Origin: Staphylococcus phage vB_SsapH-Golestan-100
Reading direction: 5' to 3' (one strand)
Length of the DNA stretch: 64,000 nucleotides
Sequence record: LC647030.1
Shown here: in pieces, positions 37,907 to 46,624 of the stretch
How positions within the stretch are numbered: the stretch's first letter is position 1
Layout of the letters: each line of letters begins with the position of its first letter
Notes under the pieces: generated by a model
The model's database searches: none
What the model was told of the DNA's origin: nothing
Seen by the model: only the letters and a program-made list of their open reading frames with translations
Translations under genes and position numbers: made by a program

Positions 37907-38597
37907 TTTATTACCTACTGGGTATGAGGGAGAAGAAGTTTATGAATTAGTTGAGACATTTCAGCTACAAGATTTAATGTTAACTCTAGGGAAAGATAAC
38001 TTTAGCTTTATTATTAGTCAAATAAACAACCTAAATAGCAAAGAAGATACGGTAAGATTTTTAGGTATACTAGATAAATTATTATCAAAAGATAGACCTA
38101 AAGTTATCTATGATGATGTATATAGAGTACCTAATACTAGAGCTATAGATACAACAATTGAAGAGTTAAGTAAAATTAAGCTATTAAAATATAAACAAGC
38201 ATGGGAAGAAGAGTTCCCTAATCTACGTAAGTCTATATTAAGTTATCTTCAGCTAGCAATATCTATTTTGCGCTCTAGAGAAGAAGAACCTAGTGAATAC
38301 TCAGATGTAGATGTGAAGTTTGAAGCAGACGATGAATTAACTCCAGTTATAGAAACTTTTATTGACAGTCTGTTCAAATCAGTATATAATGAAGAAAGAA
38401 TTACAAAAGTTTTAGAGATAATTAAGGAAGACAATGATGACCTAGGTAAAAACCCTGAAGATAAGTCATTGTTAAGATTGTACTTTATCTTAGGTGATGA
38501 AGTAGAGGATGACTCTGACATTGAAGAACTTGTAAATGATAAAGCAGAAGTCCTATCTACTTACATTATTGCTAGATTAGAGGAACAAAATAACTAA
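37884..38597 (+). CDS. hypothetical acidic protein (237 aa)
   Basis: RBS GAGGAGGAT. Confidence 0.5.
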   Translation: MTELNIDSLLPTGYEGEEVYELVETFQLQDLMLTLGKDNFSFIISQINNLNSKEDTVRFLGILDKLLSKDRPKVIYDDVYRVPNTRAIDTTIEELSKIKLLKYKQAWEEEFPNLRKSILSYLQLAISILRSREEEPSEYSDVDVKFEADDELTPVIETFIDSLFKSVYNEERITKVLEIIKEDNDDLGKNPEDKSLLRLYFILGDEVEDDSDIEELVNDKAEVLSTYIIARLEEQNN

Positions 38598-38611
38598 TTA
38601 GGAGTGGTTAT

Positions 38612-38800
38612 ATGTACTTATTTACAATTAAACTTGATGAATTTATTTTAGACATTGTTGCGGAAAATGCAGAAAAGGCTTTACTTCACATTCATAAGAG
38701 ATTTAACATTATTGAGCCTCCTGAAATACTACGTACAGAGGTATTGGATGACTCTGAAGATGATGAATACATCTCAAAAGCGGTAAGTATAAATGACTAA
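38612..38800 (+). CDS. hypothetical protein (62 aa)
   Basis: RBS TTAGGAGTGG. Confidence 0.45.
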   Translation: MYLFTIKLDEFILDIVAENAEKALLHIHKRFNIIEPPEILRTEVLDDSEDDEYISKAVSIND

Positions 38801-39242
38801 GTATCAATTGTATACAGATGGTAGTTTTGATAAAGAAAGTGAAGTATACGGATGTGGCTTTGCACTAGTTAAAGATGGTATATGTATATCTACACATACA
38901 AAAGCTTACTGTAATAAGTTTTCAGCCCATCGTAATGTTGCAGGAGAAGTGTTAGCTGTTATGTTAGGTATCGAGTATTGCTTTAAAATAGGTATAAAAG
39001 AACTAGAAATAGTTTATGATTATACAGGAATTGGTAATTGGGCTTTAGGAATATGGAATGCAAAAAAACCATTGACACAGATGTATAAAAGGTTTATACT
39101 TAGTTATACAAACCACATGACTTTAGAGTTTACAAATATCAAAGGTCACACAGGAGTAGAATATAATGAACTTGCTGATGAATTAGCAAGTAAATCAATT
39201 AAGGAATTTAAAGGAGAAATTAGTTATGAAAACAACAATTAA
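38793..39242 (+). CDS. RNase H (type 1-like)
   Basis: YTDGSF (Asp1), …GEVLAV (Glu), …VYDYTG (Asp) and …GHTGVEYNELADELA (the His/Asp C-terminal motif). Confidence 0.65.
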   Translation: MTKYQLYTDGSFDKESEVYGCGFALVKDGICISTHTKAYCNKFSAHRNVAGEVLAVMLGIEYCFKIGIKELEIVYDYTGIGNWALGIWNAKKPLTQMYKRFILSYTNHMTLEFTNIKGHTGVEYNELADELASKSIKEFKGEISYENNN

Positions 39243-39768
39243 AGGAATTAGAGAATTTAAAACAGAGGACATTAATGAAGTCATAAAAACACTAGACGTT
39301 GACTTGTTCACGGACAAGCAGTTAATTAGAGACACATCAGGAGACTATTTAGCAGAATATAATATCCAAGAGGATGACATCACTTATTATACTTGTAATG
39401 AGAATTTACATGGTACAGCAGAAGAGCTAACTAAAGTACATCCATCTGAGTTACCTGATGGGTTAGAATGGAGCGCTTTACACCACGGGGAAGTTAGTGT
39501 ATTTGATGAAGGAATAAGACATAAGTTATTTACTATTACAACTGTCCTACCTGGTGTAAAGACATCATCAAAAACATGTTATTCAGGAGAGCTTTTAGAG
39601 CTATACTATGATTCCATGTATGAGCTTATTTTAGCAAATAAAGATGGTGTGGTTTATATAACAGCGTCAGATTTACACACAGGTGAAGTAGAGTTCTTAT
39701 CTACTGACAGACAAGACATTATTGATACTTTCACACAAGCCAATGTTAAAAAACAATTGAGTCTATAG
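39226..39768 (+). CDS. hypothetical protein (180 aa)
   Basis: RBS AAAGGAGAAAT. Confidence 0.5.
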   Translation: MKTTIKGIREFKTEDINEVIKTLDVDLFTDKQLIRDTSGDYLAEYNIQEDDITYYTCNENLHGTAEELTKVHPSELPDGLEWSALHHGEVSVFDEGIRHKLFTITTVLPGVKTSSKTCYSGELLELYYDSMYELILANKDGVVYITASDLHTGEVEFLSTDRQDIIDTFTQANVKKQLSL

Positions 39769-39777
39769 GAGGAAATT

Positions 39778-40143
39778 ATGGATAAGAGCGACAAGAAAAA
39801 ACTCACAAAAGAGTTAAGAGCCCTGGAAAAGTCCTTTTTAGAAGAGTGTTATGAAGACTATGAGCATGTTAAAGGTATAGTAAATTCCACTAAAGGCAAT
39901 AGTAATCGTAAAGAATTAGTTGATGAGGCTAAGAATACTATCCTAGTTATGATAGAGAGCTTAGACATTCACGTAAAATCTTACAAATACTTATATAAAA
40001 AAAGTAAATTAAAATCAAAGCTTCAAAGTCTTTATTTAGAGTTGGAGTTTGAGGAGCGATTAAATGTCAATAGGCGAGATTGTGTTCTTACTAATATGCT
40101 TTATATTAGGTTCACTATCAGTTGGTATGTTAGTAGCAGATAG
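39778..40143 (+). CDS. hypothetical protein (121 aa)
   Basis: RBS TAGGAGGAAAT. The 3' end may be shorter if the overlapping membrane ORF at 40065 is real. Confidence 0.45.
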   Translation: MDKSDKKKLTKELRALEKSFLEECYEDYEHVKGIVNSTKGNSNRKELVDEAKNTILVMIESLDIHVKSYKYLYKKSKLKSKLQSLYLELEFEERLNVNRRDCVLTNMLYIRFTISWYVSSR

Positions 40144-40241
40144 AGATAATATAAGTAAAAATGAAGGAGCTTTCTTTATACTTGTATTAATACTAAGTCT
40201 CGTGTGTATATGTTATACATTTATAAGTTATATTAATTAGG
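40065..40241 (+). CDS. small membrane protein (58 aa), not in the ORF track
   Basis: GAGGAG 7 nt before the ATG. Sequence MSIGEIVFLLICFILGSLSVGMLVADRDN…FFILVLILSLVCICY. Confidence 0.35.
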
Positions 40242-40250
40242 AGGATTATA

Positions 40251-40502
40251 ATGTTAAAGAATATTTCAAAACATATGTATGATGGTAATTTTTTCAGTAG
40301 GTTAGTAATGATTGTATTGACAATGATTTCAGTTTCTTTAGTATTCTATGTAGTTTACTCAACTATCTTTGTACTTTATTCTGTTTTAGGGTTAGGAGCA
40401 TTTTTAGTTAGTGGTATGATAGGTATCTTATTAATTGTTGTTGCTATGATTAAGTACCCTAAGAAGCAAGAATATAGTGAGTACGCTAAGAAGCGTATGT
40501 AG
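40251..40502 (+). CDS. small membrane protein (83 aa)
   Basis: RBS TTAGGAGGAT. Confidence 0.5.
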   Translation: MLKNISKHMYDGNFFSRLVMIVLTMISVSLVFYVVYSTIFVLYSVLGLGAFLVSGMIGILLIVVAMIKYPKKQEYSEYAKKRM

Positions 40503-40513
40503 GTGGTGTGAAT

Positions 40514-40660
40514 ATGAAACCCGTTGTAGCTTTAACAGTAGAAGAGGCAGTGCTAATTACTAAATATCTAAAAGAAAGTAACGATAAAAAAGTCGTAGAA
40601 CTAAAGGACTCTATTAATGAGAGAATACAAATAGCTTTAGGTTCTACTAAAAAAGATTAA
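40514..40660 (+). CDS. small hypothetical protein (48 aa)
   Basis: RBS TAGGTGGTG followed by ATG. Sequence MKPVVALTVEEAVLITKYL…. Confidence 0.3.
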   Translation: MKPVVALTVEEAVLITKYLKESNDKKVVELKDSINERIQIALGSTKKD

Positions 40661-40669
40661 ATTAAAGAC

Positions 40670-40698
40670 TTGACTTATGTCAGGTCTTTTTGTATACT
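40670..40698 (+). promoter_or_regulatory. sigma-A promoter (TTGACT-N17-TATACT)
   Basis: TTGACT at 40670-40675 and TATACT at 40693-40698, directly upstream of the ThyA-like gene. Confidence 0.55.
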
Positions 40699-40728
40699 AT
40701 AAATAGATAAGAAAAGGAGAGATAATGT

Positions 40729-41601
40729 ATGCAAGTATATAAAGGGAAAAGTTATGATAAGCAATACCAAGAACTATGTAGTCGTATATATGAAGAAGGG
40801 GAGTTAGACACGAACCCAAGACCACATTATGAAGATGGTGAACCAGCTCATGTTAGGTCGGTATTCCATCACACATTCAAATTTACCCCTCAAGATGTAC
40901 CTCTATTATTTAGTAAAAAAGTATTTACTAGACAAGCAATTGAAGAGATGTTGTGGATTTGGCGTGATAGAAGTAATGTAGTTAAAGATTTACAAGATAA
41001 GAATGTACAAATATGGAATTCTTGGATGATGGACGATGGCTCTATTGGACGTGCATACGGTTATCAGCTCGCACAAGAAGTAGGGCATACAGGACGTAAT
41101 CAAGTAGACAACCTCATTCATAACCTAAAAACAAATCCTGAGAGTCGTAGACATATTGTACACTTATGGAATGTTGAAGACATAGATGACATGGCTTTAA
41201 CACCCTGTGTATTTTTAACGCAATGGTGCGTTATAGGTAATGAATTACATTTAGAGGTTATAGTGCGTTCTAATGACATTGCACTAGGAAATCCTTTTAA
41301 CTGTATACAGTACTGGGTACTTCATAAGCTTATTGCACAAGAAGTGGGTATTAAAGCAGGGGATGTTATGTTTACAATGGTTATGCCTCATATTTATGAT
41401 AGACACTTTGATACTATCAATGAACAGATGAGCAGACTATCAGATTTAAACTCCATAGACCCAGTAGATGATAAAGAGATTACTGTTGAAATTGACGATG
41501 TAGGATTATATGATTTTACAATGGATAATATTAGAATTAAAGGCTATGATAATTTTGGTGGAGAACCATTGAAAAAATATAGTTTTGAAGTTGGAATCTA
41601 G
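40729..41601 (+). CDS. thymidylate-synthase (ThyA) family enzyme; either thymidylate synthase or dUMP hydroxymethyltransferase
   Basis: The sequence aligns with ThyA along its whole length. Nucleophile Cys in MALTPCVF, NPESRRHIVHLWN, VRSNDIALGNPFNCIQY (Asp and Asn conserved), MPHIYDRH. The canonical QWRxW tryptophans and the PCH His are replaced (YQLAQ; PCV). Confidence 0.75.
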   Translation: MQVYKGKSYDKQYQELCSRIYEEGELDTNPRPHYEDGEPAHVRSVFHHTFKFTPQDVPLLFSKKVFTRQAIEEMLWIWRDRSNVVKDLQDKNVQIWNSWMMDDGSIGRAYGYQLAQEVGHTGRNQVDNLIHNLKTNPESRRHIVHLWNVEDIDDMALTPCVFLTQWCVIGNELHLEVIVRSNDIALGNPFNCIQYWVLHKLIAQEVGIKAGDVMFTMVMPHIYDRHFDTINEQMSRLSDLNSIDPVDDKEITVEIDDVGLYDFTMDNIRIKGYDNFGGEPLKKYSFEVGI

Positions 41602-41627
41602 TATATGTTACATTAAGGAGGACTTAT

Positions 41628-41873
41628 ATGGGTTTTTCAGATGAGCTAAATAAGCATAAACGTAAAGCTAGCTTTAAAGAATATGAAGAACAAGTAAAAG
41701 CATTTAAAGAAGACCCTAATTCTATTTATAATAGACTTAAAGCTATGCCTTATACTCATTGGAGGTTATACTTCGATACCAAGTATAACTACATGGACTT
41801 AAGAAAAGAACCTAGGAAAGAATATGAATTTAAATATATAGACAAGGAGAAGCGATTAATGTGCTTTATGTAA
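41628..41873 (+). CDS. hypothetical protein (81 aa)
   Basis: RBS TTAAGGAGGAC. Confidence 0.5.
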   Translation: MGFSDELNKHKRKASFKEYEEQVKAFKEDPNSIYNRLKAMPYTHWRLYFDTKYNYMDLRKEPRKEYEFKYIDKEKRLMCFM

Positions 41874-42409
41874 TAGTCGGGAATACCTGTTCAGGTAAGA
41901 CAACACTACAAAAAGAATTAGTTAGGCTTACAGGTATTAAACCTCTAATCACCTACACTAACAGACCTATGAGAGATAATGAGGTAGAAGGGCAAGATTA
42001 TTTCTTCATCAGTACTAAAGAGATAGAAAGTCCTATGTATGTTAATAAAAGGTATTTCTATACTATTCATGATGTAAATCCATATATCTATGGAATACAT
42101 TACGATGATTTAAAAGATAAGGAGGATAAGATAGCTATACTTGACCCTCCAGGTGTATATAACCTACGCAGTCTTCTAGGAGAAGAAAACTTAAAGACGA
42201 TGTACTTAGACATCCCTGAAAAAATTATTAAAGAGAGAGCAGAGTTGCGTGGGGATGAAGAGGCAGAGATTGAACGTAGGTTAGAAGATGATAGACCAGG
42301 ATTTGAAAGTATCAAAGATGACTGTGACTTAATACTAACTCCTTTAAGTGGTGACATCACGAGTACAGCATACAAGTTCATTCAAGGAGGAAACAACAAT
42401 GAGTTATAA
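41861..42409 (+). CDS. guanylate-kinase-fold nucleoside/deoxynucleoside monophosphate kinase
   Basis: GTG start after ACAAGGAGAAG. P-loop GNTCSGKTT. The guanylate-kinase signature is TYTNRPMRDNEVEGQDYFFISTKE (TTRxPRxxExxGxDYxF). Confidence 0.65.
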   Translation: MLYVIVGNTCSGKTTLQKELVRLTGIKPLITYTNRPMRDNEVEGQDYFFISTKEIESPMYVNKRYFYTIHDVNPYIYGIHYDDLKDKEDKIAILDPPGVYNLRSLLGEENLKTMYLDIPEKIIKERAELRGDEEAEIERRLEDDRPGFESIKDDCDLILTPLSGDITSTAYKFIQGGNNNEL

Positions 42410-42863
42410 CATTAACTTGAGATTGATTAAAGACATTATAAACAACAGAGCAGACCACAATCCCTATCTAACTTTAGAACAGAGTACAGGTAGTTACGTG
42501 GATGCATCTATAGATGAAGTTAAGTTTACATCTTTTATGTCAGAAAATAAGCTTCATGAAGTACTATCTATTACTATTACCCCTTTGAACATAGCTACGA
42601 CATCTAAAATAGAAATAATGTTAATGCAAAAGGATTTTAAAGATGTAACAATATCTAATGTCAAGGATTTAGCTTTTGAATTAATGACTGTGAGAGGTTC
42701 TATAGAATTAGTAAATGAGTTATATAGGAGTGACCAATATGAAAAAATACGAAAAAAGTATTATTACATTAGCTATAGCTATTGTGTACTTTATTATACT
42801 TACTGGTATATTCTTTATAGGGTTCCATTACGAGCTACAAAAAGCATTGGTCGAAGCGGGTAA
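42399..42863 (+). CDS. hypothetical protein
   Basis: The start was moved to the ATG (MSYNINLRL…) after CAAGGAGG. The 3' end overlaps the next ORF by 149 nt and is uncertain. Confidence 0.4.
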   Translation: MSYNINLRLIKDIINNRADHNPYLTLEQSTGSYVDASIDEVKFTSFMSENKLHEVLSITITPLNIATTSKIEIMLMQKDFKDVTISNVKDLAFELMTVRGSIELVNELYRSDQYEKIRKKYYYISYSYCVLYYTYWYILYRVPLRATKSIGRSG

Positions 42864-42951
42864 GAGTGCTATTATTGTATGGCTTGTAGTTTGGTTATTG
42901 GATTACCTATCGACAAACAATAGTAAGAAAAAGAAGAAAAAGAAGAAGTAG
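42715..42951 (+). CDS. small membrane protein with a poly-Lys C-terminus (78 aa)
   Basis: RBS ATAGGAGTG. Two TM helices. The C-terminal K-run is encoded by an AAGAAAAAGAAGAAAAAGAAGAAG tract. Confidence 0.45.
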   Translation: MSYIGVTNMKKYEKSIITLAIAIVYFIILTGIFFIGFHYELQKALVEAGKSAIIVWLVVWLLDYLSTNNSKKKKKKKK

Positions 42952-42968
42952 CTTTGGCTACTTTTTTT
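42947..42968 (+). terminator. weak rho-independent terminator
   Basis: GTAGC-TTTG-GCTAC followed by T8. Confidence 0.4.
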
Positions 42969-43078
42969 TATTTTCTAAAAATTGTAATAAAAAGATACTG
43001 TTCTGTAATATTAGTGTAATGTACTTGTGTTAGATTAAGAGAGTAGAAAAATACAAAACAAATTACACGGAGGATTTT

Positions 43079-43734
43079 ATGATTAAAAAATTATTTTTAC
43101 CAACAGCAGTAATCGGAGCAACATTATTATTTGGCAACTCAGCACATGAGGCAAAAGCAGATGAAGTAAACCAAGCAAAATTAGTAGACCTTGCTAATAA
43201 CCACCAAGAGGAATTAAATAGCAAACCTGTACAAGCAGGGGCTTATAATATAGATTTTGTCAACAACGGACAATCATATCACTTTGAGAGTAATGGCTCT
43301 ACATGGTCATGGTCAGTTGGTGGTGAAGCCACTTCTAATACTACAGAAGCAGTAAAAGCACCTGAACAAAAAGTAGACCAACAACAAGTTCAATTCAATA
43401 CACAAAGTAAACAAAATGCACAACCTAAACAAGAAACAACAACACAAAGTTAGAAGCTAAAGCAGTTAAAAGTACAGGAGGTTCTGTAGCAGAGCAAATT
43501 AGACAAGCAGGTGGAGATGAAGCAATGATTGAAATTGCTATGCGTGAGTCTACAATGAATCCTAACGCTGTTAATCCTTCATCAGGAGCTCAAGGATTAT
43601 TCCAAGGATTAGGTAAATCATGGAGTGGAGGTTCTATAGCAGAACAAACTAAAGGAGCTAAACAATACATGATTGACCGTTACGGTTCAACATCAGGAGC
43701 TCTTGCATACCACAACGCACATAACAGCTATTAA
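43079..43734 (+). pseudogene. IsaA/SceD-like secreted lytic transglycosylase, split by a frameshift near 43429-43453
   Basis: The N-terminal part (43079..43453) has a signal peptide and an IsaA-type N-domain ([45 protein letters not shown]). The C-terminal SLT domain (43429..43734 in another frame) reads …AMIEIAMRESTMNPNAVNPSSGAQGLFQ…. The two frames overlap by about 25 nt. Confidence 0.6.
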
Positions 43735-43772
43735 TGTTATATTAGAACTAAACCATCAGAAAGGAAGATTAC

Positions 43773-43946
43773 ATGATTGAAGTAAGCCAAGAGTTCTTAG
43801 CTCAACTAGCAAAAAGTAATGATGAAAACTTAAATAAAAAACCTTTACAAAAAGGTGATTACAGCATTGACTTTGAGTTAGACGGTATCCAATATCATTT
43901 TGCACAAACTAATGGACGATGGGTTTGGAACTACAAAACTAAATAG
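43773..43946 (+). CDS. orphan paralog of the IsaA-like N-domain (57 aa)
   Basis: RBS GAAAGGAAG. …LAQLAKSNDENLNKKPLQKGDYSIDFELDGIQYHFAQTNGRWVWNY aligns with the N-domain of 43079. Confidence 0.4.
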   Translation: MIEVSQEFLAQLAKSNDENLNKKPLQKGDYSIDFELDGIQYHFAQTNGRWVWNYKTK

Positions 43947-43952
43947 AAATAT

Positions 43953-43980
43953 GAGACACCTTTCGAGGTGTCTTTTTTTT
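43953..43980 (+). terminator. rho-independent terminator
   Basis: GACACCT-TTCG-AGGTGTC followed by T9. Confidence 0.7.
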
Positions 43981-44041
43981 GTTTACTTTATTAGTATCTT
44001 ATGATATACTTTATGTAATAACAAATTAGGAGGAATTAATT

Positions 44042-44248
44042 ATGGCATTAAGAATTAAATCAGAGGTATTAGAAGCAGGTATTGTGTATTATTTAAAAGC
44101 AGAGCATGGGACAGATTTTATTACATTAAATTCCATTACTATTCAAGATGATACGGATTACATTATCGCTCATTACACGTATTTACTACCTGAAGATGAT
44201 TTTGAAGTGAAGTATAAAGATTCTAGAGTATTTGGGGAGGTAGTGTAG
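44042..44248 (+). CDS. hypothetical protein (68 aa)
   Basis: RBS TTAGGAGGAAT. Confidence 0.5.
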   Translation: MALRIKSEVLEAGIVYYLKAEHGTDFITLNSITIQDDTDYIIAHYTYLLPEDDFEVKYKDSRVFGEVV

Positions 44249-44788
44249 GTGGATAAAATATACTTAATAAGTGAAGAACAAATAGATGACTATGGTAATA
44301 TTGAATATAGTAAAGCACTTGGATACTGTTTAGACAAGGATACTGCTGACTATATACAAGAAAATATGAATTCATACGACTATATAGAAGTGGAAGAAAT
44401 GTCAGAATTAACTAAAGACATACTAAACAAAGAGCAAAGGTTCTTCTTAACAAGCCAAAAGGTGAACATAACTAGAGTAGATGGTTACTTTAAACTAGAT
44501 AGTATAAAAGATGTAGAAGAAGATACATTCTTTGATGGTGTTAATAAAGCAAACTTTAGAAATAAAGGACTATTTGATGGTAAAATAAACTTAGAAACAT
44601 ATAAAATAAACAAGAACTGGTTCATTTTAGAGATTGGTGAATTTGGTGAAACACCTATAGACATTGTATCGTTTAAACAAAAAATGGGTAGTTATATCAA
44701 TAAAGTAAACTTTGTACTTAAGCATTTAAGAGAAGCTGGAATTAAATCTACAAAAGAAGTTCAAGAAAACTTATTACAATTAAGATAA
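44249..44788 (+). CDS. hypothetical protein (179 aa)
   Basis: GTG start after GGGGAGG. Confidence 0.5.
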   Translation: MDKIYLISEEQIDDYGNIEYSKALGYCLDKDTADYIQENMNSYDYIEVEEMSELTKDILNKEQRFFLTSQKVNITRVDGYFKLDSIKDVEEDTFFDGVNKANFRNKGLFDGKINLETYKINKNWFILEIGEFGETPIDIVSFKQKMGSYINKVNFVLKHLREAGIKSTKEVQENLLQLR

Positions 44789-44790
44789 GG

Positions 44791-45015
44791 ATGATAGCTA
44801 TGAAGCTAGGTCAAGCCATTGATTACATGATGGATAATGAACTGCAAGTAACAGTAGAACAGCCTGCAATGTATTTAGTAGGTGAATATTATGAAGTTAC
44901 AGGGTATATAATAAAACTGTACTGTGTTACTGAATTGATGGACATATTATTTAAAAGAGAATGGGAATTTTCAAATTATCATAAACTAAAGGAGATGGAA
45001 GATGATGAAACGTAG
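44791..45015 (+). CDS. hypothetical protein (74 aa)
   Basis: ORF with a possible alternative start at 44800. Confidence 0.45.
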   Translation: MIAMKLGQAIDYMMDNELQVTVEQPAMYLVGEYYEVTGYIIKLYCVTELMDILFKREWEFSNYHKLKEMEDDET

Positions 45016-45139
45016 AAACTTAATATTAAGTAGTCTATCAGGTATTGTCTTAGGAGTATTAATTTATCAAGTAAGTAAAAACATAATTATTAGTGTAGAG
45101 TCTAATGATGACATTGACACTAAAGAAGAAAGTTATTAA
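45002..45139 (+). CDS. small membrane peptide (45 aa), not in the ORF track
   Basis: AAGGAG 7 nt before the ATG. Sequence MMKRRNLILSSLSGIVLGVLIYQV…. Confidence 0.3.
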   Translation: MMKRRNLILSSLSGIVLGVLIYQVSKNIIISVESNDDIDTKEESY

Positions 45140-45233
45140 AATTTATATGGAAGAGTTGACAATAGGTATCTTAGCTGGTACAATTGGTATTGTAGCTTTA
45201 GCAATTAAAGATAAAATAAAGGAGAAAAGATAA

Positions 45234-45440
45234 ATGACTAACAAACTAGAAATAAAGTTACTGAGTGATAATGGAACCAAACCTACACGTAATAATTTAG
45301 ATAGTTTAGCACAATATGATGGTGCAGTAATGGATGTTGAAGATGGTGGATTAATTTACCCAGTCTATGGCATTGATGACAAACTTAAATATCTTTCAGG
45401 AGAGATAGACACTCCAGTTTACAAAACAGGATACGCATAA
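45234..45440 (+). CDS. hypothetical protein (68 aa)
   Basis: RBS AAAGGAGAAAAG. Confidence 0.5.
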   Translation: MTNKLEIKLLSDNGTKPTRNNLDSLAQYDGAVMDVEDGGLIYPVYGIDDKLKYLSGEIDTPVYKTGYA

Positions 45441-45441
45441 A

Positions 45442-45627
45442 ATGAATCAGTACCTAGTGAAAACTATAACACATAGTACAGGGGAAAAATTCATGGATGC
45501 TCAAAAAGTAAGAGAAAATGAAGAGTACGTTACAGTATATGCAAACAATTCAGAGGAAGCTAAAACTATGGCAAAGCTTCCTCCTGAGTATAGAAAGTTA
45601 AGAAGCATTCAAAATCTATTAGGATAG
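45442..45627 (+). CDS. hypothetical protein (61 aa)
   Basis: ORF with a weak RBS. Confidence 0.35.
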   Translation: MNQYLVKTITHSTGEKFMDAQKVRENEEYVTVYANNSEEAKTMAKLPPEYRKLRSIQNLLG

Positions 45628-45667
45628 AAGATTTGGTTAATAGATTAGGAGAGAGGGGGATAAGTAG

Positions 45668-45838
45668 ATGGCAATGTTTAAAGCTAAACAAAGAGTAATC
45701 AGAGTAGAAGAACGTTATATTGAGGCTGAGAGTAAAGAAGAAGTATTAGAACTAATTGAATGGGAAGATGCAGGAGAAGATAATGCACACTTTGAAATTG
45801 TTGGAGCAAGTGAGTGGGAAATAGAGGAGGAAAACTAA
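45668..45838 (+). CDS. small acidic protein (56 aa), not in the ORF track
   Basis: Strong RBS GGAGAGAGGGGG. Sequence MAMFKAKQRVIRVEERYIEAESKEEVLELIEWEDAGE…. Confidence 0.4.
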   Translation: MAMFKAKQRVIRVEERYIEAESKEEVLELIEWEDAGEDNAHFEIVGASEWEIEEEN

Positions 45839-46083
45839 TGGAATTTTTTATAGATAGAACAAGCACTATTAATAAAAAGCCTATAGAGGGTTCCTATATA
45901 AAGAAATTGGAAGAGGTAGACCAAAAAGGTAATCCATTTACTATAGAACGTTGGTGTGTAGAAATTAATAGCTTAGAAGAGCTTGCAGAGTTAAGTAACC
46001 AAGAGGGTGAAGTTATTATTAATACTAGAGGTGACTCACCATTTTCACCTTACCTAGAAATATATGATTATTATAGAGAATAA
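45838..46083 (+). CDS. hypothetical protein (81 aa)
   Basis: The start was moved to the ATG (MEFFIDR…) after GGAGGAAAAC, with a TAATG overlap. Confidence 0.45.
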   Translation: MEFFIDRTSTINKKPIEGSYIKKLEEVDQKGNPFTIERWCVEINSLEELAELSNQEGEVIINTRGDSPFSPYLEIYDYYRE

Positions 46084-46145
46084 CTAACTATACATTACCC
46101 CTTTGCTAGATTAAGAGTATGTTAATCTACAAGGGGGTTTTATAT

Positions 46146-46583
46146 ATGAACAAGACTGATATGCTTAGTCTTATAGAGCATCTTATCACTCAAGCAAGAT
46201 TTTGGCACCTAGAATACGCAAAAGCTAATATAATACCATCTGAATATGAAAAAATAAAGAGCTACAGACAAAAGTTCGATGAAGACCTATACAGAAAAGG
46301 GGAAGACATTATCAATCACATAGAATCTCAAAGCGATGTAGAGTCAATAACGATACTTCTAAAAGGCTATAGTATCCTACTAAGTTCTAACCTAGAGCAA
46401 GAAAACGCTCACCACTATACACCTCATCAACTAAGACAAATATTAGAGTCTTTAAAGGCAAAACAGAGTATAGATGAGCAAAATAGCACTAATAAACTGT
46501 ATATTGAAGAAAGTGAAATCATAGGATACACTGTAACCTATCAAAGTGACTACCAATCAGAATTTCATAAAAATAAGCGATAA
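46146..46583 (+). CDS. hypothetical protein (145 aa)
   Basis: The start was moved to the ATG (MNKTDML…) after CAAGGGGG. Confidence 0.45.
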   Translation: MNKTDMLSLIEHLITQARFWHLEYAKANIIPSEYEKIKSYRQKFDEDLYRKGEDIINHIESQSDVESITILLKGYSILLSSNLEQENAHHYTPHQLRQILESLKAKQSIDEQNSTNKLYIEESEIIGYTVTYQSDYQSEFHKNKR

Positions 46584-46598
46584 TATAAGACTAAGTAT

Positions 46599-46624
46599 AG
46601 AGACCATAAAAGGTCTCTTTTTCT
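46599..46624 (+). terminator. rho-independent terminator
   Basis: AGAGACC-ATAAA-AGGTCTCT followed by T5CT3. Confidence 0.65.

Noticed and set aside
42399-42951. Programmed frameshift joining 42399..42863 and 42715..42951
   Set aside because: The downstream ORF has its own good RBS and start, and there is no slippery heptamer. It is treated as two overlapping genes with an uncertain 3' end for the first.
43525-43734. 69-aa ORF called as an independent gene
   Set aside because: It is the C-terminal SLT catalytic domain of the frameshifted IsaA-like gene. The open frame extends upstream to 43429 without a start or RBS.
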